Assembly (NCBI GenBank): GCA_030704615.1
Contig: CM060732.1
Location: 64,356,001 to 64,420,000 of the forward strand
Source of the DNA: Takakia lepidozioides
Taxonomy: Eukaryota > Plantae > Bryophyta
DNA: 64,000 bases
Direction: 5' to 3'
Under the pieces are notes generated by a model that saw nothing but the letters and a program-made list of their open reading frames with translations, did not search any database and was not told where the DNA came from. Every line of letters starts with the position of its first letter. The first letter of the stretch is position 1. A program made the position numbers and the translations under genes. Positions 25,265 to 39,000 of this stretch are shown here, in pieces.

Positions 25265-26257
25265 CACCCATGGATATATTTTCTCTTCCAAGTTAGCACG
25301 GATCGAGAACGTCACAGCCGTTGGATTTTGCTTAGTGAGAATCTTAGTGTGGGATTAGCGTTTCTAATTTAGTATTCTATAAACTTCCAAAGTATACAAT
25401 TGTCAATTGGCCCTGACATGTAGTCGCCATTTTTTTGTTTTTAAGGGAAATACCCCCCAGCAACCCCTCACAAATCAGGCCCCTTAATTGTGGTGAGAGG
25501 AGAAAATAACAAGTGTTGGGCGGTTATTTGATTTTTTTCGTAACTTCCGGTTCCGGTTTTTACAAAATATTAGGATCAAAGAACCTCCGGTTCCGGTTAA
25601 TTGTAAAAACCTCGAAGAACCGGCGGTTTTCATCAAATAACCAGCGGGTCTTTGGCGGATCTTTGACGGTTTTCAGGCTGGTTAACTCAAAACTACGTAA
25701 GCCGCGGTTATAAGCCTTTGCCGGTTCTTTGTTTTTTTGAGAACCACGCTTATATATCCATATAACCTTCTTGATAACCTCTGGGCGTTTGTAGCTGAAA
25801 TACTTAGAGGGAGGAAAGCATTGGAGTCCCTAATTACAGCCCATGCTTTCTCCCAAATACAGCCGTTTAGCAGTGGAGTGTTAGGGGGCAATCCTGGCCC
25901 CTGGGAGATCAATCTCTTCGTGAAACATGAAGAATAGGCATAACTTATGAATCATGAACACAAACATTCCTTTCTCACCACAATCATTTGAGCCGTGTTT
26001 GCCATTAACAGTAGGATTTCACATACGTGCGGTGTTTCGTGCGAATGAGTTGGCATGTTTGTCCCCCTACGTAGGGGACTACTGTCTGTTTTTAGCAGGG
26101 AAGTCAGACGTTTGTTGGCATGTAGCGAGAGATTACAAAGTACCTTGCAAGAGAATTGACACACATTGCAGGCGGCAAAGAGGCTATGACAAGTTTTTGT
26201 TATAGGGGCTAACTTAGCTGCAGCAGTCAGTGAATGAACGTGACTGAAAATGGATCG

Positions 26258-27002
26258 CACTGTGGCGCAGCTCCGCCACGCTTCTCATTGTTGAATAATT
26301 GGGAGTTCCAGCAGCGGGCCCCACGCATGGACATTGGGCGTCCTTGGGTGGCCCCGCCGCGACCCATGACCCGGCCCAGGGTGGGGCTGCGAGGATGGGT
26401 CTGCCCCAGGTATGATCTGCTGAGACTAGGTATGGTCTGTCGTTAGGTAGGGTCCACAGGCCCTGACCCTAGGGGAGACTCAACTCGGGTGGGTTTGCCG
26501 CGAGGATGGGTCTGCAGGGAGGTAAGGTCCGCAGGCCTAACCCAAGGCGGTGTTGGGGGTGACTGCGGCTGTATTCTAGGTTAAGAGAGAAAAAAATGGA
26601 TGAGGTATTAGCAAGTAGTGGGTAGTATGGTGGATGGGTGCATTGAGTGGCACCTAAGAGATTGTGAGCTCAAGTATATGTATTAATGATGGTTTCGATT
26701 GGCGGTGCATGTATATTAATGATTTTTTTTTTTTTATGGGCGAGTTTTCCCGCAAAAATTTCCAAGTCCCACGGGCGGGCTGCTGCGGTGCGACGAGCAG
26801 ACTATTCAGTTGGACCAAAGACCCGCGAGGAGACCAGACCTGCGAGCAGTGAGCGGACCCGACCCGACCATCAACAGACCCAACTTGCGAGCAGACCCGG
26901 ATCCTCCGGGTGGTCGCGGGGCACCGACGTCCGTGCATGGGCCCTCTGCCTGGCCCCTTAAATTCCCAATTATTCAAAAAATGAGAGGCCTCCCCCGCTG
27001 TG
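26258..27002. mobile_element. Putative non-autonomous TIR element (MITE-like)
   Basis: Imperfect ~75-bp terminal inverted repeats. Left: TCTCATTGTTGAATAATTGGGAGTT...GGGCCCCACGCATGGAC. Right, reverse-complemented: TCTCATTTTTTGAATAATTGGGAATT...GGGCCCATGCACGGAC. No coding capacity. Confidence 0.6.
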
Positions 27003-28472
27003 GATTCCAACTTGGAAGCCTCTCCTCAAATTCCACCTGGCCTCCAGTTCCACATTAAACACTTACATGGCACATAAGTGAAAGGGGGTTATTTTTCCCC
27101 CTCTTCGGCTACGGTGGCTTCCAGGTTTTCTTTTATTTTTAAAAGGAAAAGAAAAATTACAACCCGCGTATATCTTTAAAAAATCAAAGTATGGAAGGTA
27201 GTCACACTAACCAATCCTATTTTTTTCCGTTCCTTTGGGCTTCCTTCGGGAGGCGTCAAATATTAAATATTATTAGTATTTCCAGGCCTCCATCCCCTGT
27301 TCCCCCAAAAAAAAGCCCAATCCATCAATCAAACATGTTGATAATTTGATTGGGCGTGTCCTTCTCCTCCTTTTCCACTAGCCCCTCCAGTTAGTTGTGC
27401 TAGCTAGTCACTCGCTGATTTTCTTTGGAATGAAACTTGGGTTTACATATTGGACCTTCTTCGAAACCCCAATTGAAAATACGAGGGTGTGCAAGGTGTG
27501 CACGTAGAGAGCATCTACTACTAATAAGCACGACCCCTGAAACTCCACTCCACGTTACGGCCATTCGAAATTTTTGTCTAGTAGGTCAATGTTTTGGTGG
27601 CAAGGTTTCATTAGTAGGTTGACTATGGCACCTCCTAAATGGGGTAGACAGTTTGCGGGCGGATCTACTGAAGTTGAGTGTCTTTAGTCTTTACACTACT
27701 TGATAGAATTGAGCAAAATACGGTAAATTAGTCTGAAAGTACTCTATCATGCAAGTTTCATTCCCAAGTGGCACCTAACTTATAACCAAGCTGGAGCCGC
27801 CGGTTCTCGAAGTTTATTCGCTCAGTCCGTCTTATGAAATTTATGGCAGAAAATCCCTATGTGAATGAGTTGCGGTGTGAGGGGGAGAGCCAACAAGAAA
27901 TGAAGATGGAAAACCCTAAAAGCAGGTGGTTGCAGGGAAGGAGATTTGATGAAGTAACAATGTACCAACAACCGCTTGGAGTAAGCTTCAAAAGCCATGA
28001 AAGCTTCACACTGGGTATGGCACAAACAGTGATGGACTTAAGAAAAACAATGGCTGCGGTTAGACAAAATATTTCTTCAAATTTGTCGCATAGGTACTTT
28101 CAAGGATTTTCTTACATTTTTCACCATTGGAGCATTTTTAATGTAGAAATACATTAAGATAATTGTCTAAAAGGTAGAAGCCTTTAATGAATTTGCCAGG
28201 TTAGCTGAGTAAGTCCCTGTCAAATGTAATCAAGGAATGCAAAACTTAAAATTTACTAGAATCTAGAGTTCCTGCCACTGTATTTGAGAGGTTTCTAAGG
28301 ATCACAGTTGATCCTCTAGAATCTGACTCGGAAGCTTTGCAATGATCTGAGCTATTCAAGTATTGTGGCAATTTTGAGCTTGAATTGGGCGAGAATGAGT
28401 GCTCAGTGCTGCTATGTACAGACATGATCCGTGATTCTAACTAGTCACAAGAGGTTTCTATACATTTGCATC

Positions 28473-29711
28473 TCAACTAGAATCCAGAACATCTACTGGT
28501 AATGCAGTTTGCAATGCTATCAGGTCCTCCGGCTCTGCAGAGAATTTGCGAGCGAAGAGAAAGCAAGTTGAATTTGGTTTGCTATTGTACATGCACGATC
28601 GTTCAAAATCGTAAATCCCTGGTTGACGTGAGTCGTAGTACATCCCATCCGTATTCTCTCTTTGCATCTGAATTTTCTGGAGGAGACCAGAGCTGATTGC
28701 AGTTCTGTTAAAGAGATGCGGGTGATCATCGTGGGGTTTTGACCAGTCCACATACATCAAAGTGCGATTAGCAAGCCCCTGGGCATCTGTAAGCGAGAGC
28801 AATGTGGGTATGTATACCTCGGAAGGTAGCCCTCCTGTTACCCACTGCGACTTAAACTGGGGGTAGAGAAAAAAATCCCCCACAATCACCCCAGCATGCC
28901 TTCGGTGCACAGTGATCCACACCTCCCCTTTGCGCATTTGATCAACTTGTAGAGGATATGGCTCCTGCTTCCATCCTGCCCGAAACCATTCCCATGCATA
29001 GAAGGCTTCCACGAAACTCAATTGAGAGTTTGTCAAATAATGATACACAAAGGGGAAATTTCGCACAGGTATTGTAGTTTCACAGACGACAGTGAACCAC
29101 ATATTGGGTACATCGGAGTCCAGCAATGCATGTGCCAGCAAGCGCCTCACAGCATCTGGAATAGTCATCCCCCATCGCTCCACTGGCTTGCTAGGAACGG
29201 TTCTCCCATAGAACAAGGATGTCTTTGGATACTCAAATCCTTCATTACTCACGTGTACATAAAGTGAATACTTTTCTTCATGGCCTTTGAAGAACCGCTG
29301 CCACAGAGGTTCAAATGGGATCTCGCCTCGCACTAAGAAGAGAAATGCAATGCGGGGATTCCCAGGTGGCAGTGGTTTCAACGCTGATCTATGAGCTGCA
29401 CATAGAAGCTCTTCATCGGTGGCATTGGACTTCAACCAGCCGGGACCAAACTTTCTGTTATTTATTTGCATATATTGAAAGCAAAACAAGGACTCTTCTG
29501 CAGAGAGGACTGCGTTGGACGCTGAAATAGTCTGCGGTTTCGAAAGAGTGCTTAAAACCCCCGTGGTCATGTAGATGGAAAAAGAAATTGACACCCAAGA
29601 GATGATGATCAGCTGTATGCAAAGAAGCAATATACCTGAAAAGCCCATCACTCTGCCTATGTTGTAGGTCAACCACTTCTCTTGAGTTACGTCCATCCTC
29701 GGCAACATCAT
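28473..29711 (-). CDS. Core-2/I-branching (DUF266, BC10-like, GT14-like) glycosyltransferase, intronless type II membrane protein
   Basis: N-terminal TM helix, RIAFLFLVRGEIPFEPLWQRFFKGHEEKYSLYVH, WG...DAVRRLLAHALLD, ANRTLMYVDWS and CFLFARKF. First ATG at 29711. Confidence 0.9.
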   Translation of the reverse strand: MMLPRMDVTQEKWLTYNIGRVMGFSGILLLCIQLIIISWVSISFSIYMTTGVLSTLSKPQTISASNAVLSAEESLFCFQYMQINNRKFGPGWLKSNATDEELLCAAHRSALKPLPPGNPRIAFLFLVRGEIPFEPLWQRFFKGHEEKYSLYVHVSNEGFEYPKTSLFYGRTVPSKPVERWGMTIPDAVRRLLAHALLDSDVPNMWFTVVCETTIPVRNFPFVYHYLTNSQLSFVEAFYAWEWFRAGWKQEPYPLQVDQMRKGEVWITVHRRHAGVIVGDFFLYPQFKSQWVTGGLPSEVYIPTLLSLTDAQGLANRTLMYVDWSKPHDDHPHLFNRTAISSGLLQKIQMQRENTDGMYYDSRQPGIYDFERSCMYNSKPNSTCFLFARKFSAEPEDLIALQTALPVDVLDSS

Positions 29712-32700
29712 CTTCCTGGCGTAATCTTGAAAGTTGTGTACATTGTGAGGTACATTGGATTGAGAGAGAATCTGCCAAGCTGACACGGGAGCTTATAAGA
29801 GGTATGCTCACTCTCAGCGCAAGTCCAACGTCCGCGCGACCAACTGATCAATCGAGTCCTCGGGGCATGGGAGACAGCGTACCTACACGAACTGACAGCT
29901 GTAATTAGGATCTTTCGAGAATGTGTAACACTACAACTGACGTTGATCGGAATGAGGTCGAAATGGGAGGGACTCTAAATCTCCTGAAGTCATACTAGGC
30001 CGTGCTAGCGGCCCACTGGTTGTAGAGACACTCGGAAGATCGTCGGAAGGAGCCACTGGAACTCCTAGACGGAGTGATTCATGATCTTGAGCACCATGGA
30101 TCACCCAAAAATGAACGCGAGAGCCCTCGAGGGTGTGCGTTCATGGGACATCTTGCTGTCAGCGGACCTATGGAGTTGCCCTGGAGAAGTATTGCTATGA
30201 GCACATCAAGAAAACTTGATTCATCGTTGTCTCTAATTTGGTCAGCACTGGTTTCTAATTACGTTGTTAGCTGCTACAAATATGGGGAGTCACGACAATT
30301 GCGTTCGAGTAGAGAGATCAGCGGCCACGCTTCATGCTGTTGTGAATCCACCATGACCAGCTCATCTTCCCGAGCCAAATCAAGGATTTGTAGCTAAAGA
30401 GAGAGCCTGGATAAAAATCTTCAACCTAGTACTAAACCCAGGTGGCGGCAAGGACGTGCCACCTTGGTTGACTTGACTATCCTCCAACTTTAGGAAGGAC
30501 AAAGTTCATAGAAAACAGACAGGACTCGACGATCGGGGAAACAATGATTGGAAACTTGTCAATTGCTAGTAAGGCAGGGGAATATAACACCGCCACACAA
30601 AAGGTGGGCTGAGGTTCAGACAAAACCCACCGTGCATGAACATAGAGCACAGCTGTGAGTTTTAACTTATGTTTGGAAATTCTCCACAACTGTGATTGTG
30701 ATCGAGGCATGGTTCTCGCAAAACGATCCAGTTGGCCAGCAACGTACCCACCTCCGAGAGATTTGGATTTCGCTTAGTATTCCGATTCTTTTTGAACAGA
30801 TGGTATTTCACCTCCTTCCTGTGCAGATCTGCATGAAGACGACGGAAACATGTGCAATAAGAATAATGTAGTTCATGTGTACACGTAGTCTACTTTTATC
30901 GGAGTGGAATTTGTACTTAAAGCAGGGTTGTCTTTCTTTAGCAGCAGAAAGGACAAAAGTGTTGTTCTTTGCTTTTTTGGTGGGGATACTGATCTCCAAG
31001 ACACGGTGCCCATCTACAGCAATCTGTGCGAGTCCTTTTTGCTTAGCCTGGAACGCCTTTCTCGCGAAGATTAATTAGCTCAAACGCACGGCGAATTATA
31101 AATCAGCTGCAGATGTCACCGGGATGAGTGTGAGCCGGACTGTGAAGCTCCACCATAAGAGAGGCTGCGGTGAGGTAGAGGGTGCCGAGGGGATGGTGTG
31201 CATACCACGCCGCCTTAAGACTCATTATGAAGGGTAGCTCCCACAGCCATATCCAGTGGGGCTTTTCTTGTTCTTGTAAGCGCAGATCATTGTCCGGACC
31301 TTTTCCTCCGCCCAAGGACTGGGCTTTGTACTCTGGTGCTCTTGCCTGTGAGCAGGTACTGAGTGTGGGCTCTGTTCCGGCAGCCTAGACTGTGGTTGGA
31401 AAGCCCACAGATTTCCAGAGCTTTCAAGGGTCACATGCAGGGCATGTTCTTAAAAGCCTTTTGAGTCTTGATCGCACGCCATGGGACCACTGACTGGAAC
31501 CCTCTTCTCAAAAGTTTGGATCGAGTCGCACCATTCGAGGAAGAAAATCTTCGGAACCACAGCTTTGCAAACACATCCCACATGTTTTTGTTGAATGATT
31601 GCTGAAAGTAGTCGATCGTCAGGAACAGTGACATGGAGGGGCCATATGTTTTGCTGCAGATGCTGTGGAATAGTACTAGAATGGTGCTGGTTTTAGCTAA
31701 CAACCCTGCTCTCTCTTAACTCGTTACAGCTATCACCTCTTGTTAGTAGGTGGCCTTCCTAAATGGCTCGTGATACCCAGTTTGGGAGATGGGGTGACAG
31801 AATGTGAATTAACTGCTTAAGCCAGCCTGAGGAATTTAGTCCCCACTTCAATCTTAATGGACCTTCATTCATGAGTGATTTGGGTAAGAAAAAGGGCTTC
31901 AGATCTCCTAAGAGCTCGTTGCTAGAAACCATTCGGTCCTGCAAATGGATACAATGGTCACAGGTCTCTTCTGTCTCTGAATTGCGTTGGGTGAACCCTG
32001 CTAGAGGCATCTCATTGATGAGGTCTACCACACTTCAGCCTGCAAACAACATCCGGCACAGACACCAGAAGTCCAATTGGACTCAGCTGTACACTACTCA
32101 AGTGATCCAGCTCGGTAGGTGATTTGAAATGGTACTGGCGTATGCAATGTGCAGCTGAGAAATAGTGTGGGTTATTTATATCTTAACAGTAACAGGTAGT
32201 ATACATTTGGTCCACCATTAGAAACCCCCTCATGAATCATTCTTGTCTTCAACAGCAGTGATAACATCTTTCTGTGTGTTTGCAAGCACCACAGAAGACT
32301 TTGTTCAGCAATGTTTCAGGCTTGGTCAGTTTTAGAACTTAGTTAAGCACCTGCTCAAAGAACTTCAACATCGGTTCGAGCTTAAGTCAGATTTAAATTT
32401 GGTACCCCACCAACCACAAGACAAGATCAAGAGACTCCTCATGATCAGTATATATCATTTATAAATCACAACAAGGTGTTCCAGCTGCAACTCTTGCATC
32501 TCAAATTTATCTCAAACTTGGGCATTGTAACGGTGTCTCCAAATGATGTCATTCCCATTTCAAGACATTGCTTTCTAGCAATATACAAAATCAACTGATT
32601 CTTTCACCTATGTTATTACAGAGAACAGTCAATATGAACCATAATCTGAACTCCTTACCTGTGCCTAGAGGGCTTTGTGAGTCCTCCTCCTGAGAACCTG

Positions 32701-33014
32701 GCATACACTTCAAGCATCTGTGGCTGTTAATGAGAGCGCCAGCAGTCACAACAAGTGTCTGGTAGGGAGCTGCGTCCACAAGTCTCAGCCAATTTGGATC
32801 GGACTGCACTTGTGTAGCGAGTACAAATACGGACATATATAACAACTTTCTTTGCAAAACCAGCTAAACTCCTTAGGAAGTGAAGCAAGGTTTTCCACCC
32901 CAGCTTCTGCCTACTGGAGAGTGTCACGAAGCTCAAGTGGGGGTGTCTCTGATGAGGTTTGACAATTGCCAACCAATGTCTGCAGCAGTGATATGTAGAG
33001 CTCTGTGAGCAGAC

Positions 33015-36000
33015 TCACTTCAGCCATGCCACAGAATCAATCTCATCACGTGCACTTTTGTAGAGCTCAAGCCGCTTGGAGATGGCACTTCTGCGTTCCA
33101 TCAGGGCTGGATCTTCATCCAGCATTTGGGCCAACTGCTTTCCCTGTTGAATTGACAATCCAAAGTAAGTACCAAATGATACTTTTGGTAATTAGAAACA
33201 TATATATTCTTTCAAAATGGCTATCCTGTGAACATTGAGACATCTCTCTGGATGTTATGAAGATTCATTCTTTCGCTTTAGTTGTTTTTGGGCTATTTGT
33301 GGCCCCTCTCTTTCTTGTTTCTTTTTTCCTTGTCCCATAAGCTCTTTGAGCTTCCCGCGGATGTTATAAAGTACCACTTCATTCATTTCATATTCTGCCC
33401 AGAGAGTGACCCTCTTCAGTAACATCAACAACATTGTTCCTGCACCAACTTTGAGCATCTGAGGCTGAGCCTAAAGCCCTGCTAAGAAGCTCGCGCACAG
33501 CAGGTTGATGCTTGTGTGAAGGGCTTTCTTGAGGATATCTGGAAAACCCGAACTACTTGTCTTTATCAATTTAGGTCAAACTACCAGAGTGAGCCCATCA
33601 GTTCCCTTTTGTTCTGCCCAACTGGGTATGGAGTCTATGGCCACAAGGCTACGGCAAATGTTGTCTTGTGAGTACATTCTTTTTCTTCCAAAGTGTAACA
33701 GTGCTGCATCAGACACATATGTTACATCTGTTGAAGGAACTGGAGGAGCAGAGCTCGACTCCACCTCAGGACTCGACTCAACCTAATGTGATTTCAAGGC
33801 AAGCCCATAAATCAACATTCAGGTCGGCTGTTAGGTGTGTGTTAGGACAAATGGCCTGAGTTCTAAATACGCTAGAGGGGCTTCATGCCCTCAGGATTTT
33901 ATCGCAGGAAATGGCAAAGGAGTATATTCTCTCTGGTGCTGTCTCTCCTCTGGATGTAACTTTTCCTTTTTCTCTGCACATCCTAGGTGCAGAGGTCCGT
34001 GCCACTTCAAACCGAGGCCCTCTTACAATCTTTCTTAAAGGTTACAAGCCCTTCCACCCAAGGGGTTCGTGGCAAGAGCGCTCACAACATCTATTAGGCT
34101 CAAAACAGCAGGTTTCAAGCACTCCTGGTATGCTCGAGTGTGCAGTTTTTTTGAGCGCAATGGACTCTCTATTGCTTCACTATTGCCAGAAAATCCAGAA
34201 GGGTGGAACCCACATTCAAACAGGATCGCAACAGACTCATTAGAAGGGAACTTATGGAACTACATGTCAGGAGAACTTGGAAGCTACCCAATCTCACAAC
34301 AAAACTCCATTTCTATAGAGAGACATTCTTGGTTCTCCGTGATGAAGACGAGTACCAGACCACTCCTAATTCTGGACTTGTGGTTCGACGACTCGGTGGT
34401 TCGTGTTGTGAATGTCAACGCAGCAGCATAGCGCGGTAAGGATCATTGTGGAGGGTGATTGGAGGGCACAGGCTCCGGGATATGGTAGTTCCACAGGTTT
34501 CTTATGCCGAAGTGGTATTTCTGATGATGGAAGCTCGGAGTAGTCGCTGTACAAAAAAAAACTTGTGGTTGCCTGATGTTTTTATTTCGAGCGTCATATC
34601 AATGTGGGCTTGATGTTGAGTTGAATGGGGTGTAGTGTGAATGCAGGGGAGTAATATCAAATTTTATTTTACCGTTAAAGACTCTGACAGAAACTACCTT
34701 TGTCAGGGGCTGACACCGGTAGTATGATTTACCTTGGAATAAACAGTTGATCCAAGATTTCCATATATCCTCCAGAAATCCCTTCACACAAGCATCAATC
34801 TGATGTGTGTGATTTGCCCAATAGCTAGACCCCAAAAGGGCCTGGGCTTTTGGCTCAGCCTCAAGATTTTCAAAGTTGTTAAACAGAGGTACAGGCACAA
34901 TTTCCTTGATGGAATGGAAGAGGGTGTCCCGTTGGTGAGAGTACCCAGGACAATGAATCAGGAAGTGAATATTGTCTTCAGGTTGCCCACACAACGGGCA
35001 CTTACAATCCCCCTTTCCTCTCTGCGACTGTTTGTTGTTCAAAGGTAGGCTACCCGCCCTGAGTTTGAATTTCAGTCTAGTGCCGAGGGTGGGTAGACCC
35101 TTGAGGTCATCCATGATGGCCTCACCCATGTCACAGACTGGAAACAGGTTGAGGGAAGTTTTCTGCCTAACTTCATTTTCTTCAGACAATTTCCTGGCAA
35201 TAGACATGGCTTCGGAAACTTCAGCTTCTAAGCCAGATTTATCCAGCAGGGTCATGGCTAGTGGACTAAGATTCAGATCCTTGAAAATCTCTTCTACCCT
35301 TTTCCGCCAGGATTTAGCCTGTTTGACAGGGCGGTCCTGCTTCCAAGGTATAAAGTCGATTAACTTAGGATATCTGGTATTAGCCATACGTTGCAGCTGA
35401 CCCCACCATCTGATTTTGAATTCATCGCGTCGGGAGCTTAAGGGAGGAATGCCAAACCCACCCCGAACAGCCACATTAGCTGTTTTGGAGCATGCTGACA
35501 TGCACTCCTTGAGAACCCCGACTTGGATGGATTCAAGAGACTTAGCCTGGTTGGAGTTATCATCCCATACAGCAGATGCATACTCCAAGCCCGGCCTGAT
35601 AACGCGGCAAAGCATGGTTTTTTTAACTTCAGAGTTGATCCCTCTGCAGTGGAAAAATTTAGTGAGACCCAGCGCTTTGCGTTTGCCAGATTGAACCACT
35701 CTTTGAAAATGTGCTTCCCAATTACAGTTGGAGGCAAACTCAACGCCAAGATAGGTGTAGGAGGGGAGAACAGGGATCTCTTGGCTTCCCCACTGCCACT
35801 TGAGATCGCCTCCTCCTTCCCCCCGGTCGTTGAATGCCACCACTGCGCATTTACTGACATTGGCCTCTAGCCCCCAAAGATCAAAGTATCTCTTCGCGCA
35901 ATCTATCAGCCCCTGGAGGTTGGAAGGAGTCTCCCCTATGCCTGCGAAGTCATCCGCAAACATAAGGGCTGGTAGATGGGAAAACCTACGGATAGAGACT

Positions 36001-39000
36001 GGCAGATGGGAAAACCTGCAACGGGAGGATCGCCTATGTCCAGCTTGCATAGGGCGCAGCCAGGAAATTGAAACTGAAGAACACTTCTTCTTCTACTGCC
36101 CTCTATACTACGAGATCCGTGGGAGATTCCACTGTTTATTCAGTGGAAACCAAACTCTCACTGATGTCTTCCACTATGAGGATAAAAAATGCTTGGCAGC
36201 CTACCTGCACGAGGCCTTCACCCTTAGACAATCGCTAGAACATTATTCTTATTCTTGGGTTCTGGATTTGTTCCTCACTCATGTTTTCTTCCATTTTGTC
36301 CATAAGCTCTATGAGCTTTCCGCGGACGTTATAAAGCACCATTTCATTTCATTTCATTTCTCTTGTTTTTTCCATTTTGTCCCATAAGCTCTTTGAGCTT
36401 TCCGCGGGCGTTATAAAGTACCATTTCATTTCGCTTCATTTCATTTCTTCTCTTTTGTCTTACCTATACTTATTGACTGTACCTGCAAACCCTGGGTATG
36501 ATACACCCTTCCATGCAAACTCCCTGTGGGGGATATCACAACTTCCTAAGCCAGTTGTGTGATATCTCCGCACCAAAGAATGGAAAGTTTGCCTGGCAGT
36601 TGCATCTCTCTTATCAGTAATGGACACAGCTTAGAAGCTTTCATATAACGATTCATCAAAAGCATTTGCAGGAGGTGTCACCATACCTCTCGCTTTCCAA
36701 CTTGGGCATAGAAATTGTCAAGTAGAGAACGCTTGGCCTCACGAACTTGGCAGTGAACGACTGCTTTTGGAAGAGAGTTCCTCAGCAACTCACACACCAT
36801 GCCCACATATGCAGACACATTTGACCCTGCCAAAGCATTTTAGGCCATTAATGTTGTCTCTGAATGACCTATTTACGTCCTGGTCACTTCTGAAAATGAA
36901 CTACCAGCTAATCATCAATCTCTAATTACTCACCAATTCGCCGTAAGTGGCCCTCAGTGTACCGGTCCATTGATGAAGCTGGGTTTCCACCCTTCTCAAC
37001 TTCCTGGGGCAGCTTGCGGAAAAAGTCGACAGTCAAGTAGCTTGCCTCCATGTCAACTAGCCTGAGAGCTGTCTTTCGACTATCCTCTCGCATCTTCTCT
37101 AGTGCCTCTGTTGCTGCCGCTGCAAGCTCTGCTTGCAATGTTGGAAATCGCTTCAATTCCTGCAAATTTCCACCCAAGCATTTCAAGGAAGTTCTTCAGC
37201 GATGTGCAGGACACAGCCACAGCCACAATCCTTTATTGACAATGTGAGATAAACCTTGTGTACCCTTCACTAATTTCCATTTATTTTGTAAATGAGACCA
37301 GGAAAAACCGCAGTGTACTGACAACCCCGAAGACAATTTAAGAGAAGATAGCAGCCGTTTCCCTCACAAACAATGTACAAGATTTACAAGTGTCTCATGA
37401 AAAAATTCTTGAGACTTTTGAGGAGAAATTCAGGGGTGGTTTATGGATGCATGTACTGTTCTCCTCCATTCATCTGCAAGTTTCGATTTATAAACACTTG
37501 TCACCTATAAGCTGGGTAAATGCTTCAAGGGAGCATCAGCCAGATGGAAAGGCATCTAGCAGCTCCTGATCCAGGGCTCTGCAATACATTTCGTGTTTTT
37601 GACCTCTTTATTAAAATAGTTGGTAAAAACACATTCTGACCAAATTGCAGTAAACAGGACAACAACACACCAAAAGTGAGTAGTGTCAACTACTTCACAG
37701 AAAGTATCAAAACTTTGATAAGAAGGGTCTTACCATGCATTCATGGACTGACCTGCGAACCAGATCCCTGAGGATTGAATGAGTCTGCAAAATCCCATGT
37801 CCAGCACACATGCATTGCAGGCTTGTCTTCATAAGAAACTTTGCAGTGACCCCAAAATAGATGCACAGAGTTGATGTCTCTTCAGCTTCTACTTTTACCC
37901 CACCTTCTTCCAGTGACTGTTGGCAAGGATGGCGACGAAGGACAGGACCTTGTGAGAGGTTCGCATGTTTACCCAAGATAAACCTCGTTTACCCTTGGTA
38001 AACCCTTGAGATCATCCATGATACCCATGTTACAGACTGGAAACAGGTTCAGGGAAGTGTTCTGCCTAACTTCATTTCATCAGACAGTTTCCTGGCAACA
38101 GACATGGCTTGCGGCCTTAGATTCAGATCCTTGAAAATCTCTTGAAAATCTTGACAGACCAAAGAGATGGTTATGTGCGACGAGCTATCGCTGTACTACA
38201 TCTACTTAGCTCTTGCAGCGGACATATATCATTCCAAAATTCAACACCTCACAAAGTGCCTTCATATGACAAGGGCTCTCTATATCTCATAATAGGAAGT
38301 AAAATCCTTCTTGATCTATAACTGAAATATTCCAAACAGTGGGAAAAAGAGCTCAGCCTTGAACCACTGACATTTCTCAACCCTTAAGCTTTAGATTGAT
38401 CCTGACCACCCATACTGAAATTGGAAAGTTACCCGGAACTCACTGCTGTCAACAGTGAAAGCAGAGACATGGTAGAAGAGTTCCAGTAAAAGTGATGATG
38501 GAGTTAGGAAGCCATACCGCATCCACAATTGCTTCTGCAGGGCCTCTGAAAAGACCCAGACCATTCTCAATTAAGCGTCTGTAGCCTTGCTCAGGAGCGA
38601 TAAGATGCGGTTGGTAGCCATCAGCCTCTGTCACCACTTTCCTCACATTCTGCATTGAGAGATGCTTGTCAAATGGCAGCTTCTTCAGTGCTGCTGGGAG
38701 CTGATTATCAAACAACAAGTATAGCTTCTCACCACCTGGCCGCCTGCCAATATGAAAACAAAGACCTCAGGAAAGACTGTGAGTGCACAAGTCGAAGCCA
38801 CAGAAGCAATTAGCAATTCAAAGCTGGCCTTTCATGAGAGCAACCAGAAAAGACCATCAGGTAGGATACAACATGAAGCAATTTTCCACCACATGCAAAC
38901 TTGATGTGACAGACTGGGAAGAGTCATGTATCATCTAGCACTTCTTAGAGAACAGCAATCAAAGTGGAGGTGGCCAATTTCAAGATACTAGTGAAACCGC

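Noticed and set aside
30700-32030. Several short minus-strand ORFs
   Set aside because: No recognisable domain or consistent exon structure.
35968-36050. N-terminal part of the 483-aa LINE ORF
   Set aside because: It is the antisense read-through of LINE family B across the junction, not part of family A.
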